This document shows, one piece after another, positions 38,212 through 53,371 of a stretch of 64,000 nucleotides of DNA. This DNA is from Heptranchias perlo. Lineage: Eukaryota. Where the stretch lies: NCBI RefSeq assembly GCF_035084215.1, contig NC_090332.1, forward strand, positions 25,854,001 through 25,918,000, read 5' to 3'. A model generated the notes under the pieces. That model searched no databases and was not told the DNA's origin. It worked only from the letters and a program-made list of their open reading frames with translations. The position numbers and the translations under genes were made by a program. Position 1 is the stretch's first letter. Each line of letters starts with the position of its first letter.

Positions 38212-38579
38212 ATTTTTTTTTTTAAATTCATTCATGGGATGTGGGCATCACTGGCAAGGCCAGCATTTACTGCCCATCCCTAAATTGCCCTAGAGAAGGT
38301 GGTGGTGAGCTGCCTTCTTGAACCGCTAGAGTCCGTATGGTGAAAGTACTCCCACAGTGCTGTTAGGTATGGAGCTCCAGGATTTTGACCCAGCGACGAT
38401 GAAGGAACTGCGATATATTTTCAAGTCAGGATGGTGTGTGACTTAGAGGGGAACGTGCAGGTGGTGGTGTTCCCATGCGCCTGCTGCCCTTGTCCTTGTC
38501 CTTCTAGGTGGTAGAGGTCGGGGGTTTGGGAGGTGCTGTCGAAGAAACCTTGGCGAGTTGCTGCAGTGCATCTTGTAAA
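38212..38579 (-). mobile_element. LINE 3' end (duplicate of 18621-18988)
   Basis: Same sequence at +19591. Confidence 0.92.
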
Positions 38580-39165
38580 TACGGCTTCTTGGTTCAGCTT
38601 TATCACATTCTTGTATCATAGTTGACACTGGGCTCATTATCACATTTTGGGCCCGATATGCTTTTCATCTTTGTAAATGCCTTGATATGCGAACAGTGGT
38701 ATGGTGTTCCCCTTATGGATTGCTAGTTAGAAAATGTAAATATTCTAAATACTGCCACGGGAGAAAGAGACACACAGAATGAAAGAGTCAGACAGAGAGA
38801 GGGAAGAGAAAGAAAGAGAATTTACAAACTGCTGCTGCCAGATATGGGACATCCCCCCCCAGTACTGTCAAGCTCATACGCTTCTCACTAAGGATAGACA
38901 CTAGGGGCCCGATATTAGGAGGGAGGCGGGTTGGCAGCGGGGGGGTTGACTGGGCCCATGGGTAACGTGCCCAGTGAAATCGGGGTGCTCCGCACGCGAT
39001 CGCAGCCTAATTGAAGATACATATGCGTGCTTCCGGGTTTCCCGTTCCAGACCTGCGCAGTGGGCGCACTTGCGCACCCACATCACAGGCTGTCAGCAGG
39101 AGGAGCCCTATTTAAAGGGGCAGTCCTCCAATGCTCCTCCTGCAGCAAAGAACCAAAATAATAGA

Positions 39166-40882
39166 ATGGAGCAGGCCAGATGCAAGGCTGCTCCAAGGTT
39201 TTCTGACTCCTCACTCCAGGTGCTGCTCGATGGGGTGAGGAGTAGGAGGGAAACGTTTTTCCCATCTGATGGGAGAAGGTGGCCTCCCTCTGCCACCAAG
39301 AAGGCCTGGCTCGAGGTGGCAGAGAAGGTCAGCAGCAGCAATGTTGCCCGAACCTGGTTCCAGTGCAGGATGTGCTTTAATGACCTAACCAGGTCAGCCA
39401 AAGTGAGTATACTTACGCATTCTCCCACACTCCGTCTTCCACGTCACCTCCACCACCACCACAACGCTCTCGCATCACTCCTCACATCCATTCAACCATC
39501 ATCCTCATCTTGCCTGCACTTACTCACCACCCCAGTTCCCATTCGAACACTACCACGCAACCCAATCCTCATACAATCTCATGGCTATGTCTCAAACGCA
39601 CCCTCCCATGCATCTCCCTCACGGTCACCCCCACCCACACCAACGCATTCAGCGGGTCACTATGCAACAGTCACTCAATCGCACCTCTCTGTGTTTTGCC
39701 TTGATAGAAGAGATGCCAGAATGCCCGGGAGAGGGCAAGGACCGGAGGGGGCCCACCACATCAGGTGGTCCTAACGGACGCGGAGCAGCAGGCAATGGAA
39801 ATAAGCCGCACGCTGGAGTGCCTGCTCGTGGCAGATGTCGAGACTGGGAGCGCATAAACGGTTGGTGACAGAAATCTAACACTCAGCACTCATGATAGCG
39901 AATGATCTTAACATCACTTGGCATCTGCAGCACCTCAACATCTGTCCACATGCTTAATATTGCTTTCTGTTCTCTTGCAGGGCCATCTGCAATCGCCGTG
40001 AGTGCGGAGGGCAATTCCTCAGAGGACCTGCCGGCCTCTGAGGGGGCATCGTCACATCTGAGCCAGCCATCCACCAGCGCAGATACACACACCTCGGTGG
40101 GTCCCCGTCCTCATTTAGTCGGGCTTGCACATGGTGAGTCACCACGCACATGTGAGCTCGAGCAGACCCTAGTGGCAGGGGCAGCCGTGGAGAGTCCATG
40201 TCGGTGGGAGCACTCTTCTCCAGGCTCTGCTCAGCTGGACACAGATGCTGGACCCTGGGGGCCGGCCATGAAAAGGAGAGTCATCGAGGGCCAGCAGCAC
40301 ATTGCCGAGGTACTGGAACAGTTGCCACGCTCACTCTCCACAATCGCGCAAAGGATGGAGGAGTCCAACTCCTGCATGAGTGGAATACTATCACAGGGAC
40401 GTGAAGGCATCTCTGAGATAGTGTCGTGGGTAAGTGCAGGAACGTCTGCGATGGAGGGAAGGCTAGCCTCCATTGAGCTTCAAGCACGGCTCAACAACGA
40501 GTCCATTCAGGCCCTGACAACGGCCGTTCGGATTCAGGGTGAGCAACTTTCTGCCGCCTTAAACAGGCTGACAGATACATTACAACTGGTCTTCAAAGGC
40601 TTCACACAAGTCCTCCAAACTGTCGTCCAGCAGGGTGGAAGGAGTGATGTGGGCCTGGCCCAGGAGAGGGATGATGGTGAAGGGGGACATGGAAGTAGGG
40701 ACGCCACTCAAAGTGCTCACACGTCTCACCCGTTGCCCCCGTCTCAAGCAGTACCCGCAATGCTGCCACTTCTCCAGGTGGCCGAGTCTGCCCCTGCACA
40801 GGTGCAAGTGGAGCAGTCTTTGGAGGGGCCCTCCCGGGCACCGAAACCCAGAGCGCGTCCGCGCAAAGCATCTCATTGGTAG
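39166..40882 (+). pseudogene. Harbinger Myb/SANT-like gene (duplicate)
   Basis: Identical to 19575-21291. Confidence 0.85.
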
Positions 40883-41202
40883 GGCATGAACAAGAGCAAT
40901 CTGCCACTACCTCTGCTGAAGCCACAGGGGTAGCACCACATAGGGGTTCCTGTAAATGTAAGGCTAAGGTTTTGTGAGCACAAAGGGGATGCACAAGGGT
41001 GTATGACAGAATGTCATGTTTTTCATTTAGTTTTATTTGTTTTGCTAAGCACATTAAATTTGTTATCACCACTACTGCCACGTCTTTGCAAATCTTGTCT
41101 GGTTAGTGCAATAATTCCCTTTCCTGAGGATCACCATGAAGACCCACACCTGATGCAAATCATTGTGTCACTGCAGAGTGGGTGTAGGTGTATTTGCAGG
41201 GC

Positions 41203-41616
41203 TGTTTTGTGCAGACGACTGAGAGACACCAGTGATGTCCCCGGTGGCACCCTGGAAGGACCCAGAGGGGAAGTTGTTGAGGCAGTGGAGACTTTGACAG
41301 CGACAGGTAAGATGATGGTGCTCAGGCCAGCCGGAAGCAGCTCGGCATCAAGGAGGCTGCAGATGTCCACGACAACATGTCGAGTGACTCTGAGCCTCCG
41401 TGTACACTGCTCCTCAGAGAGGTCCAGGAAGCTGACCCTCAGTCTGTAAGCCCTGTGACGACGCATCTCTCTCTGTGGTTGCCCTCCCTCCTGCTGTGCA
41501 GAGGAATGTGTCACAGCACTGTATCGTGGAGCTCCACGTGTCAGAGGTGGACGGTGTGGCCGGTGATGCTGTTTGTCCTCCAATGAGGTCATGACTGCAG
41601 TTATGACGGCCCCCAT
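41203..41616 (-). pseudogene. Truncated Harbinger transposase (duplicate)
   Basis: Identical to 21612-22025. Confidence 0.85.
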
Positions 41617-44084
41617 CCGCAAGACGTACGCTTGAGGGGGTCCGCAAGGTAGGTAAGTGTGTCTGTACACTGGAGTTGAGATGCCAAGTTTGTGAATTTT
41701 TGTGTTAGAAGGAGGGTGGTGCAGGCCAACCTTTGTCCAAAGTGACAGAGTGGCCTCCTGCAATGAGTGAGGGTCTCCCCCCCGACCGGTCAAATGGACC
41801 TTTGCAGCTCCCAAAGGCTGGTGGCTGCAACACGTCTGTTTCAACTTCCCCCCCGTATGGGAAACACGCTCAGTTGAGATGAAAATCCCACCCCTCCTAA
41901 AATATCCTCCCAATCAGGTCTGCAAATGACCTGAATTATCTAATTAATTGGTTTAAATGGGATCCCGCCGGCTTTAATTGCCGGTGGGAGTCCCGCATGC
42001 GGGGGCTGCGCGCGCATCTAAGCACGTCATTGGGGAACCCAGAAGTGGGCGGGTTGGAGCCGGGCTCCGGACCCCCCCCCCCCCCGGGAATCCCAAATTT
42101 TAAGCAGTCCCCCCACCACGAACGCACCCGCTCAGCCATCCAAAAATCGATCCCTAGAAATCTACCACCAAGTCTGCTGCTAAATCACAGGAATCCCACT
42201 ACGTGCTGTCAAACTCCAGGAACCCCAACTTCTTTCTGTCAAAACCAAGGACCCCTCCCCCACCCCCAACATCACCACCACCCCAAGCAAACACGGCTCC
42301 ATATGTAATCTAAGCAAAAAAAAATTAGAACAAGTCAGACTCTTGTCCCCAAGTTAAAAAGTTCTGCAACTACAGGCTAACATTTTTTTATTGAAAAAGA
42401 CATCAATGCATGAAATATTAAAATACATTGGATTGTATGCATTTCTGTCTTTAAGACAAGTTAAGTAGCTGATCACTAAAAACTGCTGAATACCACAAGT
42501 GCCAACTTGGGCAACTACTCCCTTCGTGTCGATGCTGGGGGTAAACTTTCTTTTGTTGTTCCACCTCATCGCTAAGGTGAGTTATAGCCCTGTTTGGTTA
42601 TTTATCTCTTTCTTTAAGCGAATATTAAAAACATATTTTAATTTATATATTGTTGGCCATATCTCACGACCTAGCTCCAGACAATACATATCTTTGTGTT
42701 GCACAGCATAAACTAACACGGGAACTGATAATGCTGCCTGAGTATTAATGTCAACACAAGGGATGGACTATTTCCTAAATCAATCAAAAGCAGCATTCCA
42801 CAAGTACAGATTGGATTGTACATTGACCTTCTATGGCTTCCACTCAGGCAAACGTTTGCTTTACCATGAACATAACATTTCCCAGCTTCAATAATGTGCA
42901 TATAATTAAAATGAAAGATAAGCAAAGTTAGAAGAAGCTGATATTTACTGGCAACACATGTATATATGTGAATACTGCTCAAGTGCTTTATCTTTTCATA
43001 TTTGAAGTTGAGGAGCAGACTGGCTTATTTGATGTGCCATGTGTTACTTTTATTTCCAGTTCCAACACATTACTGAAGTTCTGAAATCTTCCAGTCTCTG
43101 TGATTTCAGCCATAGTCTCCACTGCCCACTGCTATATTGTCCCACTGTTCTGATAAAAAATACCAGTCCTTCCAGTTGTCTGGATGTGCAAGGAGAACAG
43201 TTTCAGCTTTATGAAATTATTCCACTTGAGAAACATTACATCATCAACTTGGGGGCAGATGTTGGCTGCTGTACTAGATACACCAACGACACATTAGCCC
43301 CATTGGAGGCAAAATAGGTGGACATCATTGCTTTTAGTCAATGGTTTTATTGTATGGAAACAATGACATATTTCATCTTTCTGGCTTTTCTCAAAAGTTA
43401 AGAGGTTGTCAGTGGAAAGCACAGTGTACAGTGACTGAGTGCTTAATGCAATATATATTGTATTTACAGTAGTATAGGGCCAATATTTCAAAAGCACTGG
43501 ATTTTGTAACAGTTCTGTACATAGTATTCATGGATGATTAGCACTGCCGTTTAAAATTGCACTTTAAAACTAAAACATGCTTACAGATTAATCTATACAC
43601 CCATCTCTGAGAATGTATTAACTGGCAACATTCTATTCACTATATCTAGAAACTCTGCTGAGTTTCAAAATAGTCCTGGAATGTAACACAGTGATTGTTT
43701 TATAATATGCACAAAGTACTTTATCTTCTGAACATTGTATCCTTGTAAATGGCACAATCTTATACTAACACAGCCAGAATTCTCACCATTGTTCTACATT
43801 GACATTGCACCTCTGCTGTTGCAGACTCCTAATGTCATCCACTAATAGGTTAAATATTCTCCTGAGGTAACAAGGAAAATATTCAATAAATTACCTGCTA
43901 CTGTACCATGTAACAGTCAGGGGTGAATCTAGGCACCTAAAAGGTCCTGTATTGCTTTGGATGAATCTAGGCATACATTGGTTTGGTTTGATCAGACAAT
44001 TATGGCTCTACCACTTGTGCACACCTGGTACAAACTTAGTTTACAGCAGCACATGCCCTTGAAATTCACCCATGCCTTCTATTT

Positions 44085-44453
44085 TGGGTTGCCAACTCTG
44101 GTTGGACGTACTCCTGGAGGTTTCATTACAAGACCTCCTACCTCCAACTGCCCCGCCCCCACACTCCCGTAATTAGTCACCCGACACATACATCGTTGCA
44201 GTACACCGCCTTCCCATGCTAATTGGAAAGTGAACAAAATCTTCATCACTCGATTGGATGAATCTTGAAGTCAGTCAAACAGCCATTTTTCCCATTGCCA
44301 ATATTTTTATGATTAATACACAAAAGTGTTCAAAGAAAATGAAGAAAAACACACAATTTCTATTAACCACCCTGTGAGTTTTCTCCTGGATTACTTCCAG
44401 CAGTAGATTAATCTTTCATTCCTGGAGACTCCAGGCCAGTCCTACTAACCCTA
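44085..44453. mobile_element. Possible hAT-type MITE (duplicate)
   Basis: Same sequence at +19591. Confidence 0.5.
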
Positions 44454-45245
44454 CCAACAGCAAGATAAAACAACAATGCTTGGACAAAATTGCTGGACTA
44501 TAACTTGGTGTTGTAAAATTGTGGACAATTCAACACAAACATTTAAAGAAGTTACTTTATACCATTTATGCAACAAGATTCAACAACCCACCATAGCAGT
44601 TTTCATGGCAACCTTAGCTTTGGCAAGAACTTATTCAAAACAGACATTTGAAGCATGTTACACAGTCACTAAGTTACTTGCATTGTTTCATACAATAAGG
44701 AAATCCACAATACTTCATGTTTTTCCTAAACACATCAGACCAAGGACTTGAGTCTATGGGCACCCACACATACTATATAAATAATCCAAAAATACACAGG
44801 GACTATTGTTCTTCAAAAAAACCCACAAATTTATAACATCTGTAATTAAGCATAATTCACCCCTGTTCTTCAGAAATATCTGGACTGTAGGGAAGATGCC
44901 ACCTAAATCCCTATAGAACACAGCAACTTGGTGGAGACTTGAAAAGCTTACCAGGCTACAACTAAGCTCCATTAATGTACAAGTTCAGATAAAGGTTTAA
45001 CCAACAGTCACTGCTGATATTGTTACCAATTTCAGAGTTAACAAAACATAGTTTGAAGTTTCCCTCTGGGATTTTGTCACAGATGAAATGCAAGTTAAAA
45101 AACATATTAAACAGTAATGGGTGTAGAACCACAAACTGTGATAAGTATGGTTATTAAAAGTTTGTTCTTAAATCAAGTGTGCAAGAAATTACATGTGTGC
45201 TGCTGCGTTAGTGATAAACTACTGCTGGACTGCTACCCACAAGAG

Positions 45246-45281
<36 letters not shown>

Positions 45282-45733
45282 GTAGCTCCACTGCTCCTAA
45301 ACTTACCTATTACACTGTTCACTTTATTAATAATCCGCATTTTCCCTTTCCTAGTTAATAAGCTCCTGAAGAAAATGCATCTACATGCACAGAAATGTCG
45401 AGTGGTGTCCTAAATGCTTCCTTGCAATGGTACCTACTACACAAAACCAGTTTATTTTTAAATTTCTGTAATAAAACAACATCTTGAGCAAATTTACATA
45501 AATCAAGTTGAATCAGTCATCTCAGTGTAAGGAAAGCTGAAAGCAGGTTTTATTAAAAATAACTACAATGTAGGGCCATTCTGAATTACTGCATGTGACA
45601 AAAATGAACAATTATCTAAGGCTCATTTTTGTTCCTAATTTTAGCTAGCAAAAATTCCCAATCACTTTCTAGATCAGTTACAATTGCCAGTTAATAATTA
45701 AAATTCGCTTCAGTTTTTTCTGATTCACATCAT

Positions 45734-46917
45734 GGCCTAGATTTTGCTGGAGCAGGGCATCTCACAGCTTGCCCAGTTAGTTCGACTATTTCACTCATGC
45801 TTCAGCTCAAATTTTTTTGGCCCTGTAAATTGCTGGAAGTGCAACCTGATAACAGCATGGTGAGGGTAATGGAGCATCTGGGGCCTTGGTGAAAGATGGG
45901 ACCAAAGATCTATCTCCTTAACCAATGAAATTTAAGGATTGAGAAAGAAACAAAGGAACAATGGAATAGAAAATAGGGACAATTAGAGTCAAATCAGGTA
46001 CAGAAAGAGAAATAAAAGAGAGGGAAAGAAAGATTGGATTGAGAGAGAAAAAAGCAACAGAAAGGAAATGTAAGAAAAAAAAATGTTAAAATTTAAATTT
46101 AAATTTTAAAGATCTCTAACAATTTACTACCTGTAGGAATGAGACATCACAGTTTAAACGATTCCCTTTCTGGGCTGGAGAGGTTGCGTGGCATTCCAGG
46201 AACATAAATCTAGTCATTAAAAGGTACTTATGCAGTTACGTACTAGCCCTAACTTGCAGTGAGCTTAATTGGCAATTAATGTGCAGCTATTTATTGAAAC
46301 TTATGGGGAGGATGAGGGCGAGCTGCCGTTTTCGCGAGGCTATCACAAATTGTCCAGCAACTTATGACGATTCGCAAGTCACAGGGTCTCTCTTCCTCAC
46401 AACAAATTGCATTTATATAGTGCCTTTAATATAGTAAAACATCCCAAAATGCTTCATAGGAACATTATCAAATAAAATTTGACAGAGATACATAGGGAGA
46501 CATTAGGACAGGTGACAAAAAGGAGGTTAGAGAGATAGGGAGGGGTGAGGCCATGGTCGGATTTGAAATCAAGGATGAGAACTTTAAAATCGAGGCGTTG
46601 CTAGACTGGGAGCCAATATAGATCAGCGAGCACAGGGGTGATGGGTGAACGGGACTGGTGAGAGTTAGGATACGGGCAGCAGTTTTGGATGAGCTCAAGT
46701 TTACGGAGGGTGCAAGGTGGAGGCCGGCCAGCCAGGAGGGCATTGGATTCGTCAAGCCTAGACGTAACAAAGGCATGGATGAGGGTTTCAACAGCAGATG
46801 AACTGAGGCAGGGGATGGAGACGGGCGATGTTATAGAGGTGGTCTTAGTGATGGACAGTACATGGGGTCAGCAAGCACCATTAAACTGCCGTTATTTTTG
46901 GCAGCAAAATCTGGGCC
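45734..46917. mobile_element. Harbinger-type MITE with nested L2 at 46399-46856 (duplicate)
   Basis: Same sequence at +19591. Confidence 0.8.
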
Positions 46918-48100
46918 ATTCTGTCTAATTGAAATCTCACGCAACAGAAATTACACGCAAATCTCACGCAACATCCAAGGAAGACTTGTGAAACACCTCT
47001 TTACAAACAATCTTGTTTTACCAACTGTTCTGATGTCCTCTGATCAATTTATTCCTTTAATGAGTGGCTCAGTTATTCAAATTCTCATTTACCCTGTCCA
47101 ACTGTCTCTTTGGAGCAGTGTGAACAATCGGAAGTGCAATGGATCCAATTTGAGCTTCCATTCATTGTACAATATTTGACATTTTCAGTGAAATACCTGC
47201 CAACTAACATCCAACAATTAAACCCTTTGTCTGGAATTAATTGTGTGAAATGTGCTACGTTACAATATTATCTCCAATTGGAAAAGGCATTTTAAGAATT
47301 TGCATTTTGATCCAGTTTGAAATAATTTTGCAATGGCAGAGATGAACACATTTCTGATTTAATGATCCTGATCCTTATCCTTCCTATAACACAGATTTTT
47401 GTGCATTGAGTGCTAATTACACTAGCAATATACTATTGCTGTTAATGTTCTGACATTCTTTAGGTCCGTTACAGAGACCAAAACTATACTCCACAGTGTA
47501 TCACAAAAGATCCGTAGAAATTATTATTGGAGGAAGCCTAGATGGGACTGACAAGGCCCATTACTGGAATGATGGGCACTAAATTATAAGCCTACCCTGG
47601 AACTTCACCCTCTGGAGAACAGAAAGGTGAGAAAGGTCTTGATAAGTGGTCTTTAATATTTTCACAGTATGGAGATTATGGATCCAGGATAGTTCCATCA
47701 GACATATGATTCAAGGACCAGGTGACAGTTTAAACTTAAGTCTGTCAAATGAAAATAGCAAATTTATGCAACTTTTTTTTAAAAAATGACAGAAATGGAA
47801 TAGATCATTCTGTTGATGAAACAGAAAAGCACAGCTGGTTTTTAAAAATAACTGGATGAATTCCTACTAGGAAAGAGGACACAGAGCATTTGGTTCCAGA
47901 ATCACAGTGAAGAACCTAATGGGAGTTTTGGGAGGGTAATCTAGATGGATCAATGGTCTTCTCCCACACAAAATATTACTATATGTACGTGCATAACAGT
48001 CACTGCACATAAAAGTCATTCATTGTGTGAAACACAATGACATTTCAAGGTGATAATGGGCACATATTATTATACCACTGAATGGCACAGGTATTGATAA

Positions 48101-48641
48101 AGCACAAGGTTTTGAGGTTCTGGGACGTGGTGCTCTTCTCGCAGATTTTTTTGCATTTTTTGAGGTCATGTATATTGATAGATCACGAACTTGTTTTATA
48201 GGTTGCCAGTAAGCATGGCCTTAAGGGTTTTGCTGTACCATTGATCAATACAATCCACAACGCGGTCTCGTTTTGATTGTAACCATCCGTAAAACTGAGC
48301 AGCAGCTTTCTCTTCAGAAAGCATGCAGACGGAGTTCAGAGACCGTTTGTGCAGTGCAAATGATTACAGTACACAAGCGTTATGATAATGGTCCCGTCAA
48401 AGGAACAAGCCATTAGCGAGGTATTTGTCCGTCTCATTAGCTTGAAATTTCCTGGATTGCACTTATACTGAAATGATGCTGAAATTTATGCCTGATTTTA
48501 TGCCGATGCTGTCGATGGGAACTTAGGTGTGAAAGCTGGTAGGGGCAATACGGCCACTAATTAGGATATGCCCCAAATCGTAATCAGTCATTGTAGCAAA
48601 AAAAAGTCACCTTGGATATGCAAATCCAAATTTTCATAAAA
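48101..48641. promoter_or_regulatory. Candidate conserved non-coding element (duplicate)
   Basis: Same sequence at +19591. Confidence 0.45.
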
Positions 48642-49188
48642 GCTGTGAAGCTTTTACAGGGTAACCCCTGAATAAAATGAGAAATTATTAGAAGTTTGTA
48701 ATTTGACAATATCAATACTATTCTATTAATTTGTAAGCATAAATTCTTCCTTACCTACAAGCTTACAAACATATTCTTCACACATTTTTGTGCTATTTTA
48801 TAAGACAGAACATTCATAACACATTAAATGTCCATCTAAATTCAGAAATCTTCAAGTGCCTGCTTTTCAATACAACAGCCTAATTTACATCAAGTTTCAC
48901 TCTTGTAAGCCAAGTTTCAGCATTAAATCTGCCTCAAGATGTCAGATGTTGTGTTTTAGTTCGCTTTTCTAAACTTCCTTCTGGTATTTGTTGTATTTGC
49001 TAATGTGCAATGATGCAAACCTGCCAAAATAACTGTAGTGGAACTATATTTACAGCAGTTGCTTACTACACATTGGGTTTCAAGACCTCCATACGTCCAT
49101 ACCAGACAGTGGTGTTGAGCCAATGTCAGAATTCAGAAACATATCACAGAATCAGGATACCTGCTGAAACCTTCCAGACAAGCACAAT

Positions 49189-51919
49189 GGGGGTTAAACT
49201 CAATAACTCCCGAATCCAGACGCGGGGTTTGCGGTACGCGATTAACCTGCGTCCAGTCGTTGAGATGCAGGCAGTACGTGAGATGCGTGCTGCCTGGTCA
49301 TTTACCCGATATCCGCGAGCAGCTAGGCCTAGCTGCACTGTTGAGTGGCTGCTTACCAGCACGGGGGGGCCCCCGATATCACGCGATTGGCTAGCACCAC
49401 ATAAAGGCAGCCAGCACCTCTTATGTGCAAAATATAAGATATGGGTCCGCACAGAGTCTGAATGGAGATCAGACATCGCACATGTAAAACACAGACACTG
49501 TCCCGTCCCTATATTTACACACTGATGAGTTATGTTAAAACATTGGATAAAAGTTGCGCACTACTAAATCCCACATTCTCCAATCTGCATGTCAGACTTC
49601 ACCAATCTGCCAATCTGAGTTTGTACCAGGCCTGCGAGACAGCGTACACAAAGGTTCTCTGCTGATGCACTAGAGGCCTTGGTACAAGAGGTGGACAGAA
49701 GGAAGGGCATCCTATATTCCGCAGGGGGGGGGGGGGGGGGGGCAAGAGGCCCTCCAGACATATGCTCAAGAGGCAGTGGGAGGCAGTAGGGGACAAAGTC
49801 AATGCCAGGTGCATAGCACGAACATGGATGCAGTGCACGAAGAAATTCAATGCTTTGACATAAGTGGTCAAGGTGAGTGAGGTCAACTATCAAGTGGCAT
49901 CTCCTACCAACTGCACCACTAACCGCATCCACTGCTCCATGCCCTACATCCTCCATCATCCACATACCAACAAACTCTTTCAATCAGTACTCAACTCTTC
50001 CAATCAGATGCTTCCTCTCACCCTCATGCATTACGACTGCTGCAAGCCGCACACCCACAACTCACAGCTATTCAACAATGACAGGCACATCACCCAAACA
50101 CAAGAACATAAGAAATAGAAGCAGGAATAGGACATACAGCCCCTCGAGCCTGCTCTGCCATTCAATAAGATCATGGCTGATCTTCAACCTCAACTCCAAT
50201 TTCCCGCCGGATCCCCATATCCCTTGATTCCCCTAGAGTCCAAAATTCTATCGACCTCAGCCTTAAATGTACTCAACGCATCCACAGCTATCTGGGGTAG
50301 AGAATTCCAAAGATTCACAACCCTGAGTGAAGAAATTCCTCTTCATCTCAGACGTAAATGGCCGACCCCTTAGCCTGAGACTATGCCCCCTAGTTCTAGA
50401 TTCTCCAGCTAGGGGAAACAACCTCTCAGCATCTACCCTGTCAAGCCCTCTCAGAATCTTATATGTTTCAATGAGATCACCTCTCATTCTTTTAAACTCC
50501 AGAGAGTATAGGCCCATTCTACTCAATCTCACATTTCCCCACATTATACTCCATCTGCCACCTTCTTGCACTCTCACTTAACCCTGTCTCTATACCTCTG
50601 CAGACTCTTTGCGTCCTCCTCGCAGCTTACTTTCCCACCTAGTTTTGTATCACCAGCAAACTTGGATACATTACACTCAGTCCCTTCATCTAAGTCATTA
50701 ATATAGATTGTAAACAACTGAGGCCCAAGCACCGATCCTTCTAGCACTCCACTAGTTACAGCCTGCCTACCTGAAAATGACCCAGTTATTCCTACTCTCC
50801 CTTTTCTGTCTGTTAACCAATCCTCTATCCATGGTAATATATTACCCCCAACCCCATGAGCCCTTATCTTGAATAACAACCATTTTTGTGGCACATTATC
50901 GAATGCCTTTTGAAAATCCAAATATACCACATCCACTGGTTCCGCTTTATCTACCCTGCTAGTTACGTCCTCAAAAAACTTTAATAAATTTGTAAATCTT
51001 GCAGGACACTCACTGACACACATCCTTTCATGCAGGAAAAGGTGACGCAAAACAGGAGGCAGCAAGTGGCAGTGGTTCCATGGAATGTGAACTTGCTTTC
51101 CTCTTTCAGGATGACAGCATTCTTGTCCCACCCCCATCACTCTGCCTGTGCCCTTGCTGTTGCCTGTCAGCTAATCAGCCCACTCCATTTAGAGTATTGA
51201 AACTTTATTATAGGAACATGGGAAAATAGAAACAGGAGTAGGCCATTTAGCCCCTCAAGTCTGTTCCACCATTCAATGAGATCATGGTTGATCTGTGACT
51301 TAACTCCACATACCCGCCTTAGCCACATATCCCTTAATACCTTTGGTTAACAAAAATTTATCAATCTCAGATTTAAAATCAACAATTGAGCTAGCACAAC
51401 TGTCATTTGCGGAAGAGAATTCCAAACTTCTACCACCCTTTGCACAGAGAAGCGTTTCCTTACTTCACTCCTGCAAGTCCTGGCTCTAATTTTTAGACTA
51501 TGTCCCCTAGTCTTAGTATTCAAGTAAAGGTGACCTCCAAAAACAGGTACAAATGCATCAGTAGCCAGAAGCAATAATCCAGCATCTAACCAGTAAATCC
51601 TGCGTGATCCCTTTAAAGAGCACTGGTCGGGGGGTCCTCTATGCTGTTTACGACCTGTTCAGCTGTGCGAGGTTAAGAGGTTGGCTGGAGAGTTGAGTTC
51701 CAAAATCGCATCTGTCCTTTTAAATCAGCGCTGCACACTAATCTAACGCACATTCTCCTTACTTTACTTGCTGCCAGCGTTCGTTATCTGCAAGTGCACA
51801 AACGCCTTTTCCAAGGTGGTGTCCAGCGCACGTCATGCTCACTCCAGATGCCATTTTGGGTCCTTAGGAGGCTGCGTAGGGCCAACAAAACAGGCACTAC
51901 ATGGCCCAATTTATAGCCC
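49189..51919. mobile_element. Second Harbinger family (duplicate): Myb exon 49652-49872, nested CR1s 50102-50996 and 51211-51521
   Basis: Same sequence at +19591. Confidence 0.7.
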
Positions 51920-53371
51920 GAGCTTCTATTTGAACTGAGAGGTATAGAATTATTTTATCCACATATTAATGAAAGCCACAATGCTAGGCAACATCAGAGT
52001 CCAGCTTATTTTTATGGTTAAGCTGGGAAATATATTGAAGTCATTCAGCCAAAATGGTTTGCGTCACCGTAACATTTTCCTCTGGCAGAATACTGCCAAG
52101 AACAGCACCACAAATTTCCATATGTGGGTCCCTCATTTTTGGAGCATGAATGCACAAGCAACACTTTCAAATAAAATACTACCAATCTAAAAGGCAAATG
52201 AATTTTGGGTCCTAGATCTGGAGAAAGCCACTACAGAAAACAAATTAGAAATACAAGGGTGTTTCACTTCTCCAAAGAACATATGGAAATGCTCTTTGCT
52301 TGCCACCCTTTTCAATAATTATACTCAAAATAGATGCAATAGATTATATATGTATACAGGCACACAAGCTCAGTTTTGCCTCAAATGTTGCCACCCTATT
52401 TTGCTGCTTTCTAAGTTCCCAAGTAAAAGACTGAACTCTAAAAGTTGTCCCACAAAATAAACTTCAGACACAAAGCATCCTTGACAAACTGAAGTCAAGT
52501 AAATAATAATGGCACCACATTCAAAAGCCAGTCAAGGAGTAGCAAGAAAATGTTCCTGGAAGCATGAATTTATTCAGAATGTGACTGTAGTCATTAGGAT
52601 TGACACAGAATTTGTACTTGCTTTTAAGAGCATGCATATGGCACAGATACACAGTTAAAAAGTATACCTGTCACACATATCTGTGGTAAAATGATGAAAC
52701 TGTAAGATCAATCAGCACCTTTTGACAAATATTCCCAGATTAAGACAACTCCCTTGGATAATCCCAAGAATTGTGATACCAGAGATTAAGGGAAAATTAA
52801 TCTTTGTAATTTAAAAAAAAAACTGAAACCAGACATAGTCTCTGGATATTTATTCCTGTTTTCAGTGTGTTATGCAAGACACAGACATTTAGGGAATGTG
52901 TAAGGCCAAGCTTTATTGTAAAACTTACAATTAGAATGGCAACTGTGATCAATGCAATCATACACAAAAACATTGAAGGACAGTAAAGGGAGATGCAAAT
53001 TCCAAAGGCAAAAACTACAAACAAATTTGTTAGTCATCTCCGTATGTCTCTCTCACCCATCCATACAATGGATTGGATTGAGATGTACGTCCCAGGGAAT
53101 TAAAAAGAAGTTTCATGATTAAGTGTTCCCAGCTCAGGTATAGTACTGCACATGTACAGTAATGCGTTTTTAACTCTGTACTCAGATCTGCATACCCTGC
53201 GACATCAAAGGCAATTTTACCTTGTCAGCCAGTCAGCCATCCTTATAGCGTCTGAATGAGATTTCCAATCTATTGTCAATTAGCACCGAACTTGAAGCAG
53301 TTTATGTTGTGGTCTTATTCCTGCTAGGAAGTGGATTACAACTGCAAATTTGTATCACTTAGAATGCTCAA

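Larger units (their letters stand above)
38905..42154. mobile_element. PIF/Harbinger transposon (duplicate of 19314-22563)
   Basis: TAG TSD at 38902-38904 and 42155-42157; identical ORFs and flanks. Confidence 0.93.
33443..52833 (+). repeat. 19,391-bp block, copy 2
   Basis: Starts at the gap edge; the only difference I noticed from copy 1 is A25683 vs G45274 in a poly-G tract. Confidence 0.97.

Noticed and set aside
38905-42154. Second identical Harbinger as evidence of recent transposition
   Set aside because: Its flanks, TSD and lesions are duplicated too; it is part of the 19.4-kb block
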